A DNA stretch of 64,000 nucleotides from Setoptus koraiensis (GCA_048013815.1 CM106585.1:21514001-21578000); one strand, 5' to 3'. Shown: positions 9,792-22,164, numbered from the stretch's first letter. The notes: generated from the letters alone by a model not told the origin. Numbers and translations are program-made.

Positions 9792-12700
9792 ATCATCATG
9801 GATGACCAGAACCAACCCCAGAACCGAATGGTAGCACTGGGTGACACGCAGAGCCACCAAAGCCGACTGCAAGTTATTCGATTGACCGGCCAGAAGAACT
9901 TCACGTCATGGAATAAAATAATGAGTCGGGCACTCAAGAACAGAAAGCTTGAAAGTGTAGTATTTGGTGAAGAAGACGCAAATGAAAGCGCAGCAGCTAG
10001 AGAGAAAAGAGATTCCGAGGCATGGGAGTTGCTCATTACCTCGATGGACCAAACGAACATCGATAAGTTTGCGGTATTCAACACTGCCAGAGAGATATGG
10101 GAGAGGTTGATCAGCACCTACGAAAGAGAAGGGAACGTAAGCATGAACAATGACTTCATCCAGCTCTTTACAATCAAGCTAGATGATGCCAACGGCATGT
10201 CAGTCTACATCTCAAAAATGGAGACTCTAGTGGATCGGCTCGCGGGACAAGGCCAGGCACTGAGTGAGAACGCTCAAGAGGCCAACCTCCTGAGGGGACT
10301 TGGCTCCGACTAGGACGTGTTCAAGCAGGTGTGGGACAGCACCCCAGTACAGTCGTTAAAGAGCCTCAAAGATAGGCTACTCCTTGAGGAGGTTAAACTA
10401 AAAGCAAGAAACATACACGAGCCAGAAGCCAGTCATACTGCTCTGTTGAGCAAAGAATATGGGAAAAAGGCTCACTACGAGAAAAACTACACAAATGATA
10501 AGAAAGTCGACTCCTCCTGCAACTACTGTGGAAAGTAAGGCCACTGGATACGGGAGTGCAGGAAGAGGAGGCGAGACGAGTCTGCATCTAAACCACCTGG
10601 TCGCTCGCAGGAATATCGCCAGAGCACGGACAGAAACGTTTCTTTCATGATGAGAAACAAAGAACAAAGTACAGAGGATTGGTACTCAGACCCCGGGTCC
10701 TCTGGACACGTTTGCAAAACAAGGGACTACTTCTCGAGCTGGGAACTTTCCGCCGAACCCATCGAAATAATGGTGGGTAACAAGGAAACGATCCGGGCAT
10801 ACGGATCGGGGTCGATCCAGTTTGTAAGCGAAACGAACCGAGGACCCTTGAGCATAACCATTAACAACATCCTATTCGCACCTGAAGCAGCCGAAAATCT
10901 AATCTCAGTTGGGGCGATCCGTAAACGGATCTGCACGACATTTATAGAGGACCACTGCTACTTTCAGCTGCGTACAGGGAGTAAACCCACGGTCATGATG
11001 GGTATATACCAACCATCTGGCCTGTACCGACTAAAAATAAAACCAATCATCACGAAGATTCTATTTGGCAGGAGCAGCCGCACAATGAGCGAATGGCATA
11101 GAGCTCTAGGCCACATCGGTTCCGCACAGATAGAGGACGTGATAAGGGGTGGACTGGTATCCGGAGCAAGCATCATCGATCACCAGTCACTCCCTCAGTG
11201 CAGCATCTGCCCTATGGGCAAAGCAACGAATACCACGCACCCGCCTACTACTAGGGAAATGGCGAGAGAAGTAGGCGACGTAATTCATATGGACCTGATA
11301 GGGAGACTCCCACCAAGCCTGGGAGGCAACGAATACGCTCTAATACTCACCGACGAAAGCAGCAACTATAGATCCTTTTATCCGCTCAAAACGAAGGATC
11401 AGGTGGTGGAAAAGCTGGAAAGCTACTTCTCCACGATCGAGTGTGAAACGGGGAGGCGAGCTCGCAGCCTGTGGTCAGACTGCGGGTCCGAATTCCTCAA
11501 CCAACGGGTCCGAGTAGTTCTTGCCATAGAACATATAACCCTACACCACAGCGCCCCAGCAGAACGGGAGGGCTGAAAGGTCTAACAGGACCATTATCGA
11601 GAGCGCCCGGACACTCCTAGCATCAAGCGGACTACCACAAACGATGTGGGCTGAATCCTGCATGACCGCGACCTACACCCTAAATAGGGTAGGGAAATCG
11701 AAAGTCCCAGGCAAAAGCCCATATGAAATGTGGTTCGGGCGCAAGCCTAGCATTTCACACATGCATCCATTTGGCGCCAGTGTCCAGGTGCTGGACAAGC
11801 CGCGGACGGGATCAAAATGGTCGCCCAAAACACTTCTAGCATACTTAGTGGGCTACACTGAAAGGTGTAACACTTATAGCTGCTACATTCCAAGTACACA
11901 GACAGTCCGAGTGACAAGCGATGTGATCTTCCGAGATCACCCTAACGCGACGCCACTGATAAGAACACGTGAAATGGACGACCCAAACGAGTGTGCTTAC
12001 CAATTCCATTCCACCACACACACCCATCACACTACACCCGCTCAGTTTCCCACTGAAGTTCCGAAGACAGAACCAAACACCCTAAACAATGATTTAGATA
12101 CAAATAACGAGGCGCCAAACCAGCCACGGAGCGCGCTGTCCGAGTACTTCGAACAACTCAACGAACACGACGGTCGACATTCTGCCATGAAGATATACCG
12201 TGTCCGGAATTCAGCTTAATCTCTGACAAAGGAGACGAGATTGAGCGGACAGGACCAATATCAATTTACAACACCGACAACGCACCATGCGTTGAGAATA
12301 GGGATAATAAACAATCCACACCCAACGAACGGCCTGCCAACAAAACATTCACAAAACCCACTGTCATGGGAAGCGTGAGAAAACAGATAACAAATCTGAT
12401 AAATCCACCTAAGAGGGTAGGTGGAGCTGACCAGACTCCACCACAGGCTACACAGAACTTTGATGAGCCCACAATTAGAGACCAGACGGGGAGAGTAACC
12501 TGTAGGGAGGGCGGCATTGCCTACCATATTAACATATGCAGCATTGACCCTGCTACATATCGTGACGCCATGAAGGGTGACGACGTGGACAAATGGCTTG
12601 TAGCCATAGAAGACGAAAGGCAGGCTCTGGAGGAGAATAATACCTGGTCCATAGTCGAGCGGACAAAAGATACACATGCATTATCGTCGAAATAGGTCTT

Positions 12701-13883
12701 CACGAAGAAGCGTCTCCCCTCAGGAGAAGTCGACAGATATAAGGCGCGACTCGCGATAAAAGGCTTTACTCAACGTCCAGGCCTGGACTATGGGGGAACT
12801 TTTGCCCCTGTAGTCCACCTGGAATCGATAAGAATACTATTTGCACTCATAGCGCGATACAGACTAGAGACATTACAGTTCGACATCCAGACGGCCTTCC
12901 TAAACGGGCAGCTTGATGAGGAGATATACGTGGAGGCGCCGGAGGGGATTAGCGTCCCTCCAAACTGTGTCCTCAGGTTGAACAAAAGTCTGTACGGCCT
13001 GAAACAGGCACCGAGGGTGTGGAAGACCAGCTTCGACCAAATCCTGTCAAGGCTCAACTTCCAACCACTCCTTTCAGATCCATGCTTATTTTCAGGCGTC
13101 ATAAACTCAGAAAGAGTTATCCTAGCCGTATACGTCGATGACGGACTGGCGGCATCGGCGTCAAAAGAAGCGCTCAGAACTCTACTTAAGTTGTTATCCG
13201 ACGAACTCAAGATTAGAGAAGTGAAGACGAGGAAATTTGTAGGAATTGAATACGAAAGGACAGAGGACAAGTCGAAATTAATCCTCCATCAACAATCCTA
13301 TATCACAAGAATGCTAGAGCGGTACAACATGTTAAATTGTAAAGGCGCCAAAATACCGATTAACGACACTAATGACCTGCAGATGAGAAACGATGGTGAC
13401 AGACCAACCCAGCAGCCCTATAGGGAGTTGCTGGGAAGCCTTCCATACGCGGCTTGCCTCACCCGTATCGACATCTGCTTTGCAGTAGGCTTCCTCTCAA
13501 GGTTCTGCAGCGAACCATTGGAGAAGCATTGGGTTGCTGCGAAGAATGTACTAAGATACCTGAAGGAATCGGCCAGCCTAGGTATCTGTTTTTCAGCCAC
13601 TGGCACCATGAAACTAGACTGCTTCACTGACGCTGACTGGGGAGGCAACCTGCTCGATAGAAAATCAACCTCAGGTGCCATCTGTCTGCTGGCAGGAGGA
13701 CCAATATGTTTTAAGACGAGAAAACAGACTGTTGTCGCCCAGTCGACAACAGAGGCCGAGTACTTGGCGGCCAATCTAGTCGTACGTGAAATACTGGGGG
13801 CTAAAAATGTCCTAGAAGAACTAGAAATCAAACTTGATAGCATTAGCCTTAGCATGGACAACCAGTCCGCCATAAGGCTTATT

Positions 13884-14396
13884 GGGCCGGGCGAGCGAAG
13901 CGAGCCGGTCCTATCAAGCGAAATTTTTTTTCTTTCCCCCTTTTGCAGCAAAAAAGTTCATAGAGTTTTCCCCTTCATCGTGTTGTCGTAAATCTGTGTG
14001 CTTCAGTGGAAAATTGTGTGCTTTCCCCCCCGTGCAGCAAAAAAATCCCGTTCAATTTTCCCCTTCGAAAAATCAGCTGTGTTGTTCCTGTTAGTGTTAG
14101 TGTTAGTGTTAGTGTTAGTGTTAGTGTTAGTGTTAGTGTTAGTGTTAGTGTTAGTGTTAGTGTTAGTGTTAGTGTTAGTGTTAGTGTTAGTGTTAGTGTT
14201 AGTGTTAGTGTTAGTGTTAGTGTTAGTGTTCGTGTTCCCTTCGGGACGGTTTCTATGACCGCCGCGGTGGGAGATCTTGGGAGACTTTGGGAGGTTTTGG
14301 AAGACCGTGGGAGTTTGTGATTTGCAACACAGAAGAAGAAAAATTTGAAGCGAGCTCGCCCGGCCCCCTTTCGTTAGTCAGAACGAAACGGTTGTT
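13884..14396 (+). mobile_element. HINE/DINE-1-like non-autonomous Helentron (513 bp) in copia-2 RNase H
   Basis: Subterminal inverted repeats GGGCCGGGCGAGC (13884-13896) and GCTCGCCCGGCCC (14354-14366); 3' hairpin TTTCGTT-AGTCAG-AACGAAA; central (GTTAGT)23; TT ends; removal restores SAIRLI-KNAEYHQDTKHMDI. Confidence 0.85.
14090..14229 (+). repeat. (GTTAGT)n microsatellite, about 23 copies
   Basis: Read directly. Confidence 0.98.
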
Positions 14397-14603
14397 AAAA
14401 ATGCAGAATATCACCAAGATACAAAACATATGGACATTAAAACCCACTTCATCAGGAACCACTTCAACAGGGGACTCTTCGAGCTCGGATATGTGCCATC
14501 CAGTGACCAGAAGGCAGATATCTTGACAAAAGCTCTCCCACCTATATCTCACTCTGCCATGGTAAAGAAGTTAGGAATGGCAGTAGCAACTACGCTGTGT
14601 TGA

Positions 14604-14673
14604 TGGTACTGGCACCGACAAACGGAGAACAGCAATTCAACATCGAAGATCCGATCCTGTGGACCAGAGACAA
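14604..14673 (+). pseudogene. Copia-2 env N-terminus (signal-like segment and EDPILW motif)
   Basis: MVLAPTNGEQQFNIEDPILWTRD, one base out of frame with pol; resembles LMATNSSQFDDFHQESPVVW of the 6099-7906 env. Confidence 0.75.
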
Positions 14674-14943
14674 GTAATACTGATCAAATCAGTATTTCGA
14701 GCGCTTAATTTTTTGAGTGGACGAGTATCGATGGAAAATTCGGGGGCGTATATGACAAGCTTTTTGCCTCCTCTTTGGATATCCAATGGTGGAAGACGTC
14801 AAACCTCTAGTTTTACGGATGATTTATATCTACCGGATACAATACAAGGTTAATTATACGCGTGGGTGCAGTGATCTGACATTTTCTCAGCTATTACGTA
14901 AAATGACCGAATTATGCGTCTTTGGCCACGATAATTAATTTAA

Positions 14944-15420
14944 ATACATACACCAGGACGCAATGGCGCACAATATGCTATAGCGCGCGCTCCATGTGCG
15001 GTGTGCTACTCAAATTGATCGTTTGGTCGTTTCATACCATCTAAAGAGTATCACAAACTAGATCCAGGTTTCTCAAATTTTCACCATAGTTAGATACACA
15101 TGTCAGCTGCCTGCATGCGAAAATTGGTGCATTTTCATCGGTTAGTTTTGCCACAATAAATAATTTCAATACATACACCAAGAAGCAATGGCGCACTATG
15201 TGTTAAAGCGCGCGCTCCATGTGCGGTGCGCTACTCAAATTGATCGTTTGGTCGTTTCATACCATCTAAAGAGTATCACAAACTAGATCCAGGTTTCTCA
15301 AATTTTCACCATAGTTAGATACACATGTCTGCTGCCTGCATGCAAAAATTGGTGCATTTTCATCGGTTAGTTTTGCCACAATTAATGATTTCAATACATA
15401 CACCAGGACGCAATTTTCCA
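14944..15420. repeat. 225-bp tandem repeat, two full copies and one partial
   Basis: atacatacacca recurs at 14944, 15169 and 15394. Confidence 0.92.
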
Positions 15421-15424
15421 CTAT

Positions 15425-15830
15425 GTGAATTCATCTAGTTAGCATCGCAGCATTGAGCGTGTTACTCTCGTCTAGTTTAATCTACATTAGAATCAACAGT
15501 GCTGAGAAGCAGTAGTCATTCTGAGTAGCTTCTACTGTTATACAATCTTCTAGTTCCAACACCTCTAGCTTCCAGTGTACTAAATCCGAATTGTAGACAG
15601 CTAGCCTTCTGCTGTGCTAAATTCATCTAGTTAGCATCTCAGCTTTGAGCGTGCTAATCGCGTCTAGTGAGTGAACGCGCATAGCATTATATGTGCTAAA
15701 TTCAACTAATCAACATTGTAAGCTTTGAGTGTTCTAAATTTATCTAGTTTATTTCTCACAGTACAGCTTTCACCGTGCTATTTTTTTCTAGTTGAAAAAA
15801 GCACTAATTTGTTCTACCCACGTGAATATC
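15425..15830. repeat. CTAG-rich degenerate repeat block, duplicated at 18447-19045
   Basis: Both blocks share aattcatctagttagcatc units and end in ttgttctacccacgtgaata. Confidence 0.85.
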
Positions 15831-16467
15831 GTGGGCTTGCGTCGTGCGGATGAGTCTGAAATTTTTCGAACGCCCCAGTCGATATGAATACTGCGATTTT
15901 TGAACATGTTCTCACCTTAAGAAATCGCTAGTTTTTTCTACATTCGTGCTGCTCACTATCATCAACAACTATAGCAAGTCTCATCAGCGTGCACTTGCCC
16001 GTTCACCCTGCAGAGAAATTTTTCGAACGCCCAAGTCGATATGAATACTGCGATTTTTGAACATGTTCTCACCACTAAAAATCGCTAGTTTTTTCTACAT
16101 ACGTGCTGCACACTGTCATCAACAATCTGAGCGAGTCTAATCAAAAGTTTATTGCCCGTTCACTCTGCAGAGAAATTTTTCGAACGCCCAAGTCGATATG
16201 AATACTGCGATTTTTGAACATGTTCTCACCGTAAAAAATTGCTAGTTTTTTCTACATTCGTGCTGCTTACTATCATCAACAACCATAGCAAGTCTCATCA
16301 GCGTGCACTTGCCCGTTCACCCTGCAGAGAAATTTTTCGAACGCCCAAGTCGATATGAATACTGCGATTTTTGAACATGTTCTCACCCCTAGAATTTTTT
16401 AGTTTTCTCTACATGCTTGCTACACACTGTGATCAACAATCAGAGCGAGTTTCATCAAAAGTTCTGC
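15831..16467. repeat. 157-bp tandem repeat, about four copies
   Basis: cgaacgccc recurs at 15867, 16024, 16181 and 16338. Confidence 0.92.
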
Positions 16468-16477
16468 GATTGTTTGC

Positions 16478-17827
16478 AATTTGTTCGCCATTTTCGACGT
16501 CAACAGGCTCGGCGAGAGCGAGGAAACCTTCCTTCACCGCATGGCTATCTACAAGGAGCGCCTAGATGCTTTCGGCATGCACACGCAAGTAGTGAACGGT
16601 AACGACGTTGCCGACTTAGTGGAGGCTTTCAATCAGGCCTCCCTGGTCGAGGACAAGCCGCATGCCATTCTGTGCAAAACGCTCGAGCGGCGCGGATTTC
16701 CCGACATCGAGGACAAGGACAACTGCCACAGTAAGTCGCTCGCCACCGCCACCAAACATGCGCTCGAGGTAGTGCAGGTGCTCATCAAGAACCGCGATCA
16801 CCGCCACAAGCTGAAACCTGTTGCCCAACTGGCGCCAAAGCCCGACCTGAGCCAAGTGAAACTGTCCGATGGACCCAACTACAAGTCAGGCGACAAGGTG
16901 GAATCGACACAGGCCTACATATCTGCGCTGGCCAAGCTGGGACGCACCAATGATCGTGTTGTTGCCTTTGTCGCCGACACGAAGAACTCAACATTTGCCG
17001 ACAGTTCCAACAAGGAATTTCAGCGACGCTTCTGCGAGTGCTACATGGCCGAACAGAACATGGTCGGGGTGGCCGTTGGGGCCGCTTGCCGCGACCGCTC
17101 AATCGTCTTCGTATCCACGTTTGCCGCATTCTTTTCGCGAGCCCACGATCACTTGCGTATGGCCGCCATATCGCAGTCCAACGTGAACTGCGTCGGTTCC
17201 CATTGCGGCGTCAGCATAGGCGAGGACGGACCCTCACAGATGGCACTCGAAGATCTGGGCATGTTCCGTACCATACCCAATTGTACCATATTTTACCCCA
17301 GCGATGCCGTATCCACGGAGCGTGCCATTGAGCTGGCCGCCCAGTCTAAAGGTATCACGTTCACGCGAACGTCCCGTCCGGCTACGCTCAACGTTTACCC
17401 AAACAATGAAACATTTCAAGTGGGCAAGGCCAAGGTGTTGCGCAAGGACGCCCAAGATCAGGCGCTGGTCATCGGTGCCGGTGTGACGTTGCACGAGGCC
17501 CTGAAGGCCGCCGATCTATTGCTGGCCGAAAACAAGACCCACATCAGAGTGCTGGATCCGTTCACTATTAAACCCTTGGACGTTGAGGGCATTTTATTTA
17601 ACGCCAAAGAGTCCAAATCGCGCGTCGTCGTGGTCGAGGATCACTACCCCGAGGGCGGCATTGGCGAGGCCGTATTGAGCGCCCTGGTGGGACACCAGAT
17701 TAAGTTCGCTCACTTAGCTGTTAGGGAGGTGCCAAGAAGTGGACCACCCGATGTTTTATTGGCAAAATATGGTATTAGTGCTAGCAATATCGTCACTGCG
17801 GTTTATCGTCTTATTGCCAATGTGTAA
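16478..17827 (+). pseudogene. TKT: 5'-truncated animal-type transketolase (captured fragment)
   Basis: DVNRLG, DTKNSTF, AEQNMV, STFAAFF, GSHCGVSIGEDGPSQMALED, RVLDPFTIKPLD, VEDHYPEGGIGEAV; lacks the N-terminal region including the GDG ThDP motif; AATAAA at 17968. Confidence 0.93.
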
Positions 17828-18077
17828 CATTTTTTAATCAACACATACAGGCTAAGCTGGATATTTGAAGACCTCAAAAGTATAGAAACTGTTTGAATAG
17901 TAGGCATTGCCGGCCTCGAGGGCCCTTGATATTAAGTGGCTGTAGTTAACAATTAACAATTGGTTGTAATAAATATGCTAAAGCTATACATTATAAGTAT
18001 CACATTTTCCATATAATCAAATGGTTTATATTATCGTCATTGCCAATACTGCCACCGCAAATACTTTCTGTGCCGTT

Positions 18078-18446
18078 ATTCGTGCTGCTTACTATCATCA
18101 ACAGCCATAGCAAGTCTCATCAGCGTGCACTTGCCCGTTCACCCTGCAGAGAAATTTTTCGAACGCCCAAGTCGATATGAATACTGCGATTTTTGAACAT
18201 GTTCTCACCGTAAAAAATTGCTAGTTTTTTCTACATTCGTGCTGCTTACTATCATCAACAGCCATAGCAAGTCTCATCAGCGTGCACTTGCCCGTTCACC
18301 CTGCAGAGAAATTTTTCGAACGCCCAAGTCGATATGAATACTGCGATTTTTGAACATGTTCTCACCCCTAGAATTTTTTAGTTTTCTCTACATGCTTGCT
18401 ACACACTGTGATCAACAATCAGAGCGAGTTTCATCAAAAGTTCTGC
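18078..18446. repeat. 157-bp tandem repeat resumes after the transketolase segment
   Basis: cgaacgccc at 18160 and 18317; near-identical to 16100-16467. Confidence 0.92.
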
Positions 18447-19102
18447 TGTGCTAAATTCATCTAGTTAGCATCACAGTATTGAGCGTGCTACTCTCGTCTA
18501 GTTTTATCTACAATAGCATTAACAGTACTGAGAAGCACTAGATATTCTGAGTAGCCTCTACTGTACTACAATCTTCTAGTTCTGACGCCTCTAGCTTCCA
18601 GTGTACTAAATCTGCATTGTATACAGCTAGCCTTCTGCTGTGCTAGATTCGTCTAATAAGCATCCCAGTATTGAGCGTGCTAATCGCGTCTAGTTTGATC
18701 TACAATAGCATTAACAGTGCTAAGAAGCAAAAGTTATTCTGAGTAGCTTCCTCTGTTCTACAATCTTCTAGTTCTGACGCCTCTAGCTTCCAGTGTACTA
18801 AATCTGCATTGTATACAGCTAGCCTTCTGCTGTGCTAAATTCATCTAGTTAGCATATCAGCTTTGAGCGTGCTAATCGCGTATAGTGAGTGAACGCGCAT
18901 AGCATTCTATGTGCTAAATTCAACTAATCAACATTGTAAGCTTTGAGTGTTCTAAATTTATCTAGTTTATTTCTCACAGTACAGCTTTCACCGTGCTATT
19001 TTTTTCTAGTTGAAAAAAGCACTGATTTGTTCTACCCACGTGAATAAACGTAGCACCCAGACCCATCCCAATAGCTGCTTAATTAAAATTAAGCGCTAAA
19101 AA

Positions 19103-20728
19103 TGTGTTCTTTCTCAGTGGGCAGGTAGACGAAGTCGTTAACGTAGAGTTAGTAGACCAATGTCCGGTCGCCTTCAGGAACCTCACAGGACTTGGGGCAC
19201 TAGACGGAATGCTCACAGAGGTCTGCACCCGGAGGTTCGACTCCGATATCATTGGACTGTGGCGGAATGTCGTGGATGAGCATACCAAGGTAGCAAGAGA
19301 CGGTGGTGCGTCTCTAGCCACCGTGGCAGCGCTCACCGGCATCTTTGCTAGCGTAGCCGCCACCATCAAGGTGAAGGACATCGAGAAGGAACAAAAGATT
19401 CGAAGTGAGCTGGCATTTCGCCTGGGCGAGTCAGTTTCCGCCATCCAGAATAAGCTGATCCTCGCCAATAGTCGTATCGCCCTCAAGGTAAACAACTTAG
19501 AGGACCGGCTCGAGAAACTAGGTCACGTTGTCGCAGTCCAACCAAGGCTACAAGACGCCCTACATCAAGCCCTAGCGGCAATACGCGACTATAGAATCCG
19601 GTTAGAGCTACTGAGGGGCCAGTTGAAGGTGAATGCAGAAGTCCCTGAGATAATGCTCGATATGTTCAACCTGACTCATCTGACCAACAAGGCAACGCTA
19701 AGCCACTCACAAGTCTACAGGGCATCGGTGCAGGGGAACCAACTTAGACTGCAGGTGACCTTGCCCAAGGTGGACTATCACGTGTCAGTGTATAGAGCCA
19801 AACCTTTTTTCTACACAGGTATAGACAACAATAAAGTATGTATGTTTAAATACCGAGGTCCCGAGTACATGCTGCACAACAGGACCTCGGAGTGCATGCG
19901 TCCTGTGACAGCGGATGAGATTGTAAATAATGCCATCGTAGGGGAAGGCTGTACCCATCAAAGGGCCCTAGATGTAAAAGGACTGTTCACACCAGAAGAC
20001 TGCAGGAAGTTGTCAGCGACAGAGTTCACAAAGCAACCCGCCCAACTCAAACCTCATGGTGTGCGGATATTCATAAATTGCCGAGGACTGAACATCACCA
20101 TAGGAGGGAGAGTGGTCAGATGTCCGAATCATGTGTTTAGCGTGAACGAGGGGACAGAGTTTCTGGTTGATAAAACGTTCTACAACTTCCAGAGGACCGA
20201 CACCGTGAAAACTATGCATCTCTATCACGTCCCAGCCAGAATCAATCTCAATCTGGGGACATCAAAGACGGTGTTCAAGGCACTTGATGCTGAAGATATG
20301 CAGGAAATAGAGAAAGCCAGCGCTCAACTGAAGAAGGAGCAAATTAAATTGAGAGTCATGTCTAATTCTACAGAGGATGGACCATGGTTCAGCCTCGAAC
20401 CAATCTTTACTATTGGAAGTGGAGTCCACCGGTTCATCACCTCTGTAGGGTCTTACATGGGGATGATCGTAGGAATCTACATCATATCAATGGTCATCAA
20501 GGAAAAGTTCTGCGGGATATCAACCACAATGGCGATTATAGCATTGCTCCCTATCATCATATGTGTAGAACAGACTGGATATATAGAGATATCATATTCA
20601 GCAACTGAAGCCACGAGGATCATCAAAGGCTTCCAAACCAGGATGGCCGAGAAATGTAACCTCTGGGAGCTGGACAAGGACGCGAGCATGTGGCAAAGGG
20701 GTGTCGGATATTATCCCGTATCCATCTC
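19103..20728 (+). pseudogene. Copia-2 env main body: class I fusion-like ectodomain, TM, second hydrophobic segment
   Basis: KVAR then hydrophobic GGASLATVAALTGIFASVAA, heptad region, RAKPF...C...YRG...NRTSEC, CPNHVF, TM YMGMIVGIYIISMVI, then TMAIIALLPIIICV. Confidence 0.85.
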
Positions 20729-21677
20729 GGTTATAGTAGCGAATAGCGACCACGCCCAATTTGGGTATTTTGGGTATTTCTGGGTAGGATATTGTACCCT
20801 GATACCCGAACAGGTATTCCGGAAGTGCGGAAATTCTTCGTTACCGAGATACCCGAGGTACCGCATACTGGGTATTTTAGGGTATTAGAGGGCATATTGA
20901 GGGTAAAGTCGGCCGTACCTATCCGCTAGGACATCCGGTCAGATGCTGAGGTCCTCGCACCGGAGGAAAATCATTCCTAGAAGCCACAGGAAGCGAATGA
21001 AAGCGGTCAAACTGAAGAGGCGTGGCCAATGCGCGCGGCGCGGAGTGAAACTGCCCGCAGTTAGTGAGACCACCCACCGAGTCCTAGCACTACTGAGGAT
21101 GATGAAAATTGAATAAAGGCTGAGCCCTAACTTTTTCGACGCTTTCGACCTCGCGGACCGCGCAGACTCGGAACTCCGCTCGCACTGACCCCTATTCCGA
21201 TCTTTACCGACTCGGCCTTCGGCCTCGCAAGCTTGCCTCGCTTCGGGTTGAGGGCTTCGCCCTCAACCCTCGCTCGAACCGACAACCCCGGCCTTCGGCC
21301 GAGTAATTGTCACACACCCGAACACCAGAAACAATGCGAATGCGTGCCAGGCTGAGTGCGGCTCGTGAGACGTCAGATGTGACTCGAATTGCGTGACCGG
21401 AAGTTGGTCCAACAGTGAATGGTGGATATCTCCTGAGTGGATGATTGTGAGGGTGAGATTCTAACTGCATGTTGACGGTGGCAACTGGACCTATTCGAAA
21501 ATACCTAAATTTCTAGTCTGAGGCACTCCTGAGGCCCGGAAAATGCTTTTCCCCGTATCTCCGGAAGTAGAAATTTCCGCACTTCCGGACCTTCAAAAAC
21601 GTTCTTTGGGGCCGCGAAGCGGCCCTTGTGTGGAGTTTGAAGGGAATCGGGCTTGGTCGTTGTTCGCTACTACACCC
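20729..21677. mobile_element. 949-bp non-autonomous TIR element, GG termini, 8-bp TSD (Merlin-like by inference)
   Basis: TIRs GGTTATAGTAGCGAATAGCGACCA and (reverse complement) GGGTGTAGTAGCGAACAACGACCA; TSD TCCATCTC at 20721-20728 and 21678-21685; removal joins YYPVSIS to CAIAQKNITCPC in frame. Confidence 0.9.
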
Positions 21678-21685
21678 TCCATCTC

Positions 21686-22139
21686 CTGTGCCATTGCACA
21701 AAAGAATATCACATGCCCGTGCAGTGTGATGACAGAAACCATACCAATCTTACCATCTTCCGAAAGAAAACTCCTGAAGGACTTCCCAGCAACCAACAAA
21801 TGTGGTGAAAACAAGACACTAGAGTTCGGAAACCAGCTCACCTCATTTAAAACACCTACGAACTATCTGTGCAACACAGCCAGGTTAGAGGCAAGCAGTT
21901 CTTGGCCCAAAGACACCCACAGTCATCTGGTAGCAACATGATGCACTGTAGCGAAATTCGCATATAATTGTCACTGTCCAGGAAACGATCACCAACTAAT
22001 ATTTAATGATGTCCTGACAATCACAGTTCAGGCGCTGGAGAAGAGAAAGGAATTAACCAGAGAAAACATATGCCAGACGGTGGTACAACCGGAACCAGAA
22101 AATTTGCCCAAGTCTATCATCGACAAATTGTATGGATGA
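21686..22139 (+). pseudogene. Cys-rich C-terminal extension of the copia-2 env frame, one premature stop
   Basis: CAIAQKNITCPC...HLVAT*CTVAKFAYNCHCPG...DKLYG*; TGA at 21939-21941 is in frame with the final stop at 22137-22139. Confidence 0.75.
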
Positions 22140-22164
22140 GCACACGAGCTCAGAGCGAGGGGGG

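Larger units (their letters stand above)
9797..14603 (+). pseudogene. Copia-2 gag-pol with premature stops and frameshifts
   Basis: RLTGQKNFTSW gag; CNYCGK*GHWIREC knuckle; WYSDPGSSGHV protease; WHRALGH...CSIC; SDCGSEF; LNKSLYGLKQAPR; YVDD; TDADW; stops at 10311 and 10536, frameshifts between 11576 and 12930. Confidence 0.92.
14674..19102 (-). mobile_element. 4.4-kb non-autonomous Helentron-type element carrying a transketolase fragment
   Basis: Subterminal inverted repeats AGCGCTTAATTTT (14700-14712) and AAAATTAAGCGCT (19085-19097); hairpin at 14676-14696; T-run ends on the minus strand, no TSD; empty site GAC AAT GTG restores the env frame. Confidence 0.85.

Noticed and set aside
9189-10117. 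Long ORFs spanning the N run
   Set aside because: Artefacts of translating N plus a hexamer repeat; only the frame starting MDDQ at 9797 is copia gag.
10677-10712. DPG instead of D(S/T)G in the proteases of both copia-2 and the gypsy element
   Set aside because: A two-case coincidence; copia-2 is decayed and the catalytic Asp is kept, so no claim can be supported.
13998-14320. LV- and VS-repeat ORFs, and (GTTAGT)n as a telomeric array
   Set aside because: Translation of a microsatellite; it is internal to a HINE and differs from arthropod TTAGG.
15831-16467. 157-bp repeats as a CRISPR-like array
   Set aside because: Whole units repeat with no unique spacers, the context is eukaryotic, and no cas genes are present.
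20729-20888. C-terminal VIVANSDHAQFGYFGY... of the 19104 ORF as env sequence
   Set aside because: Read-through into the MITE; the true frame resumes at 21686.
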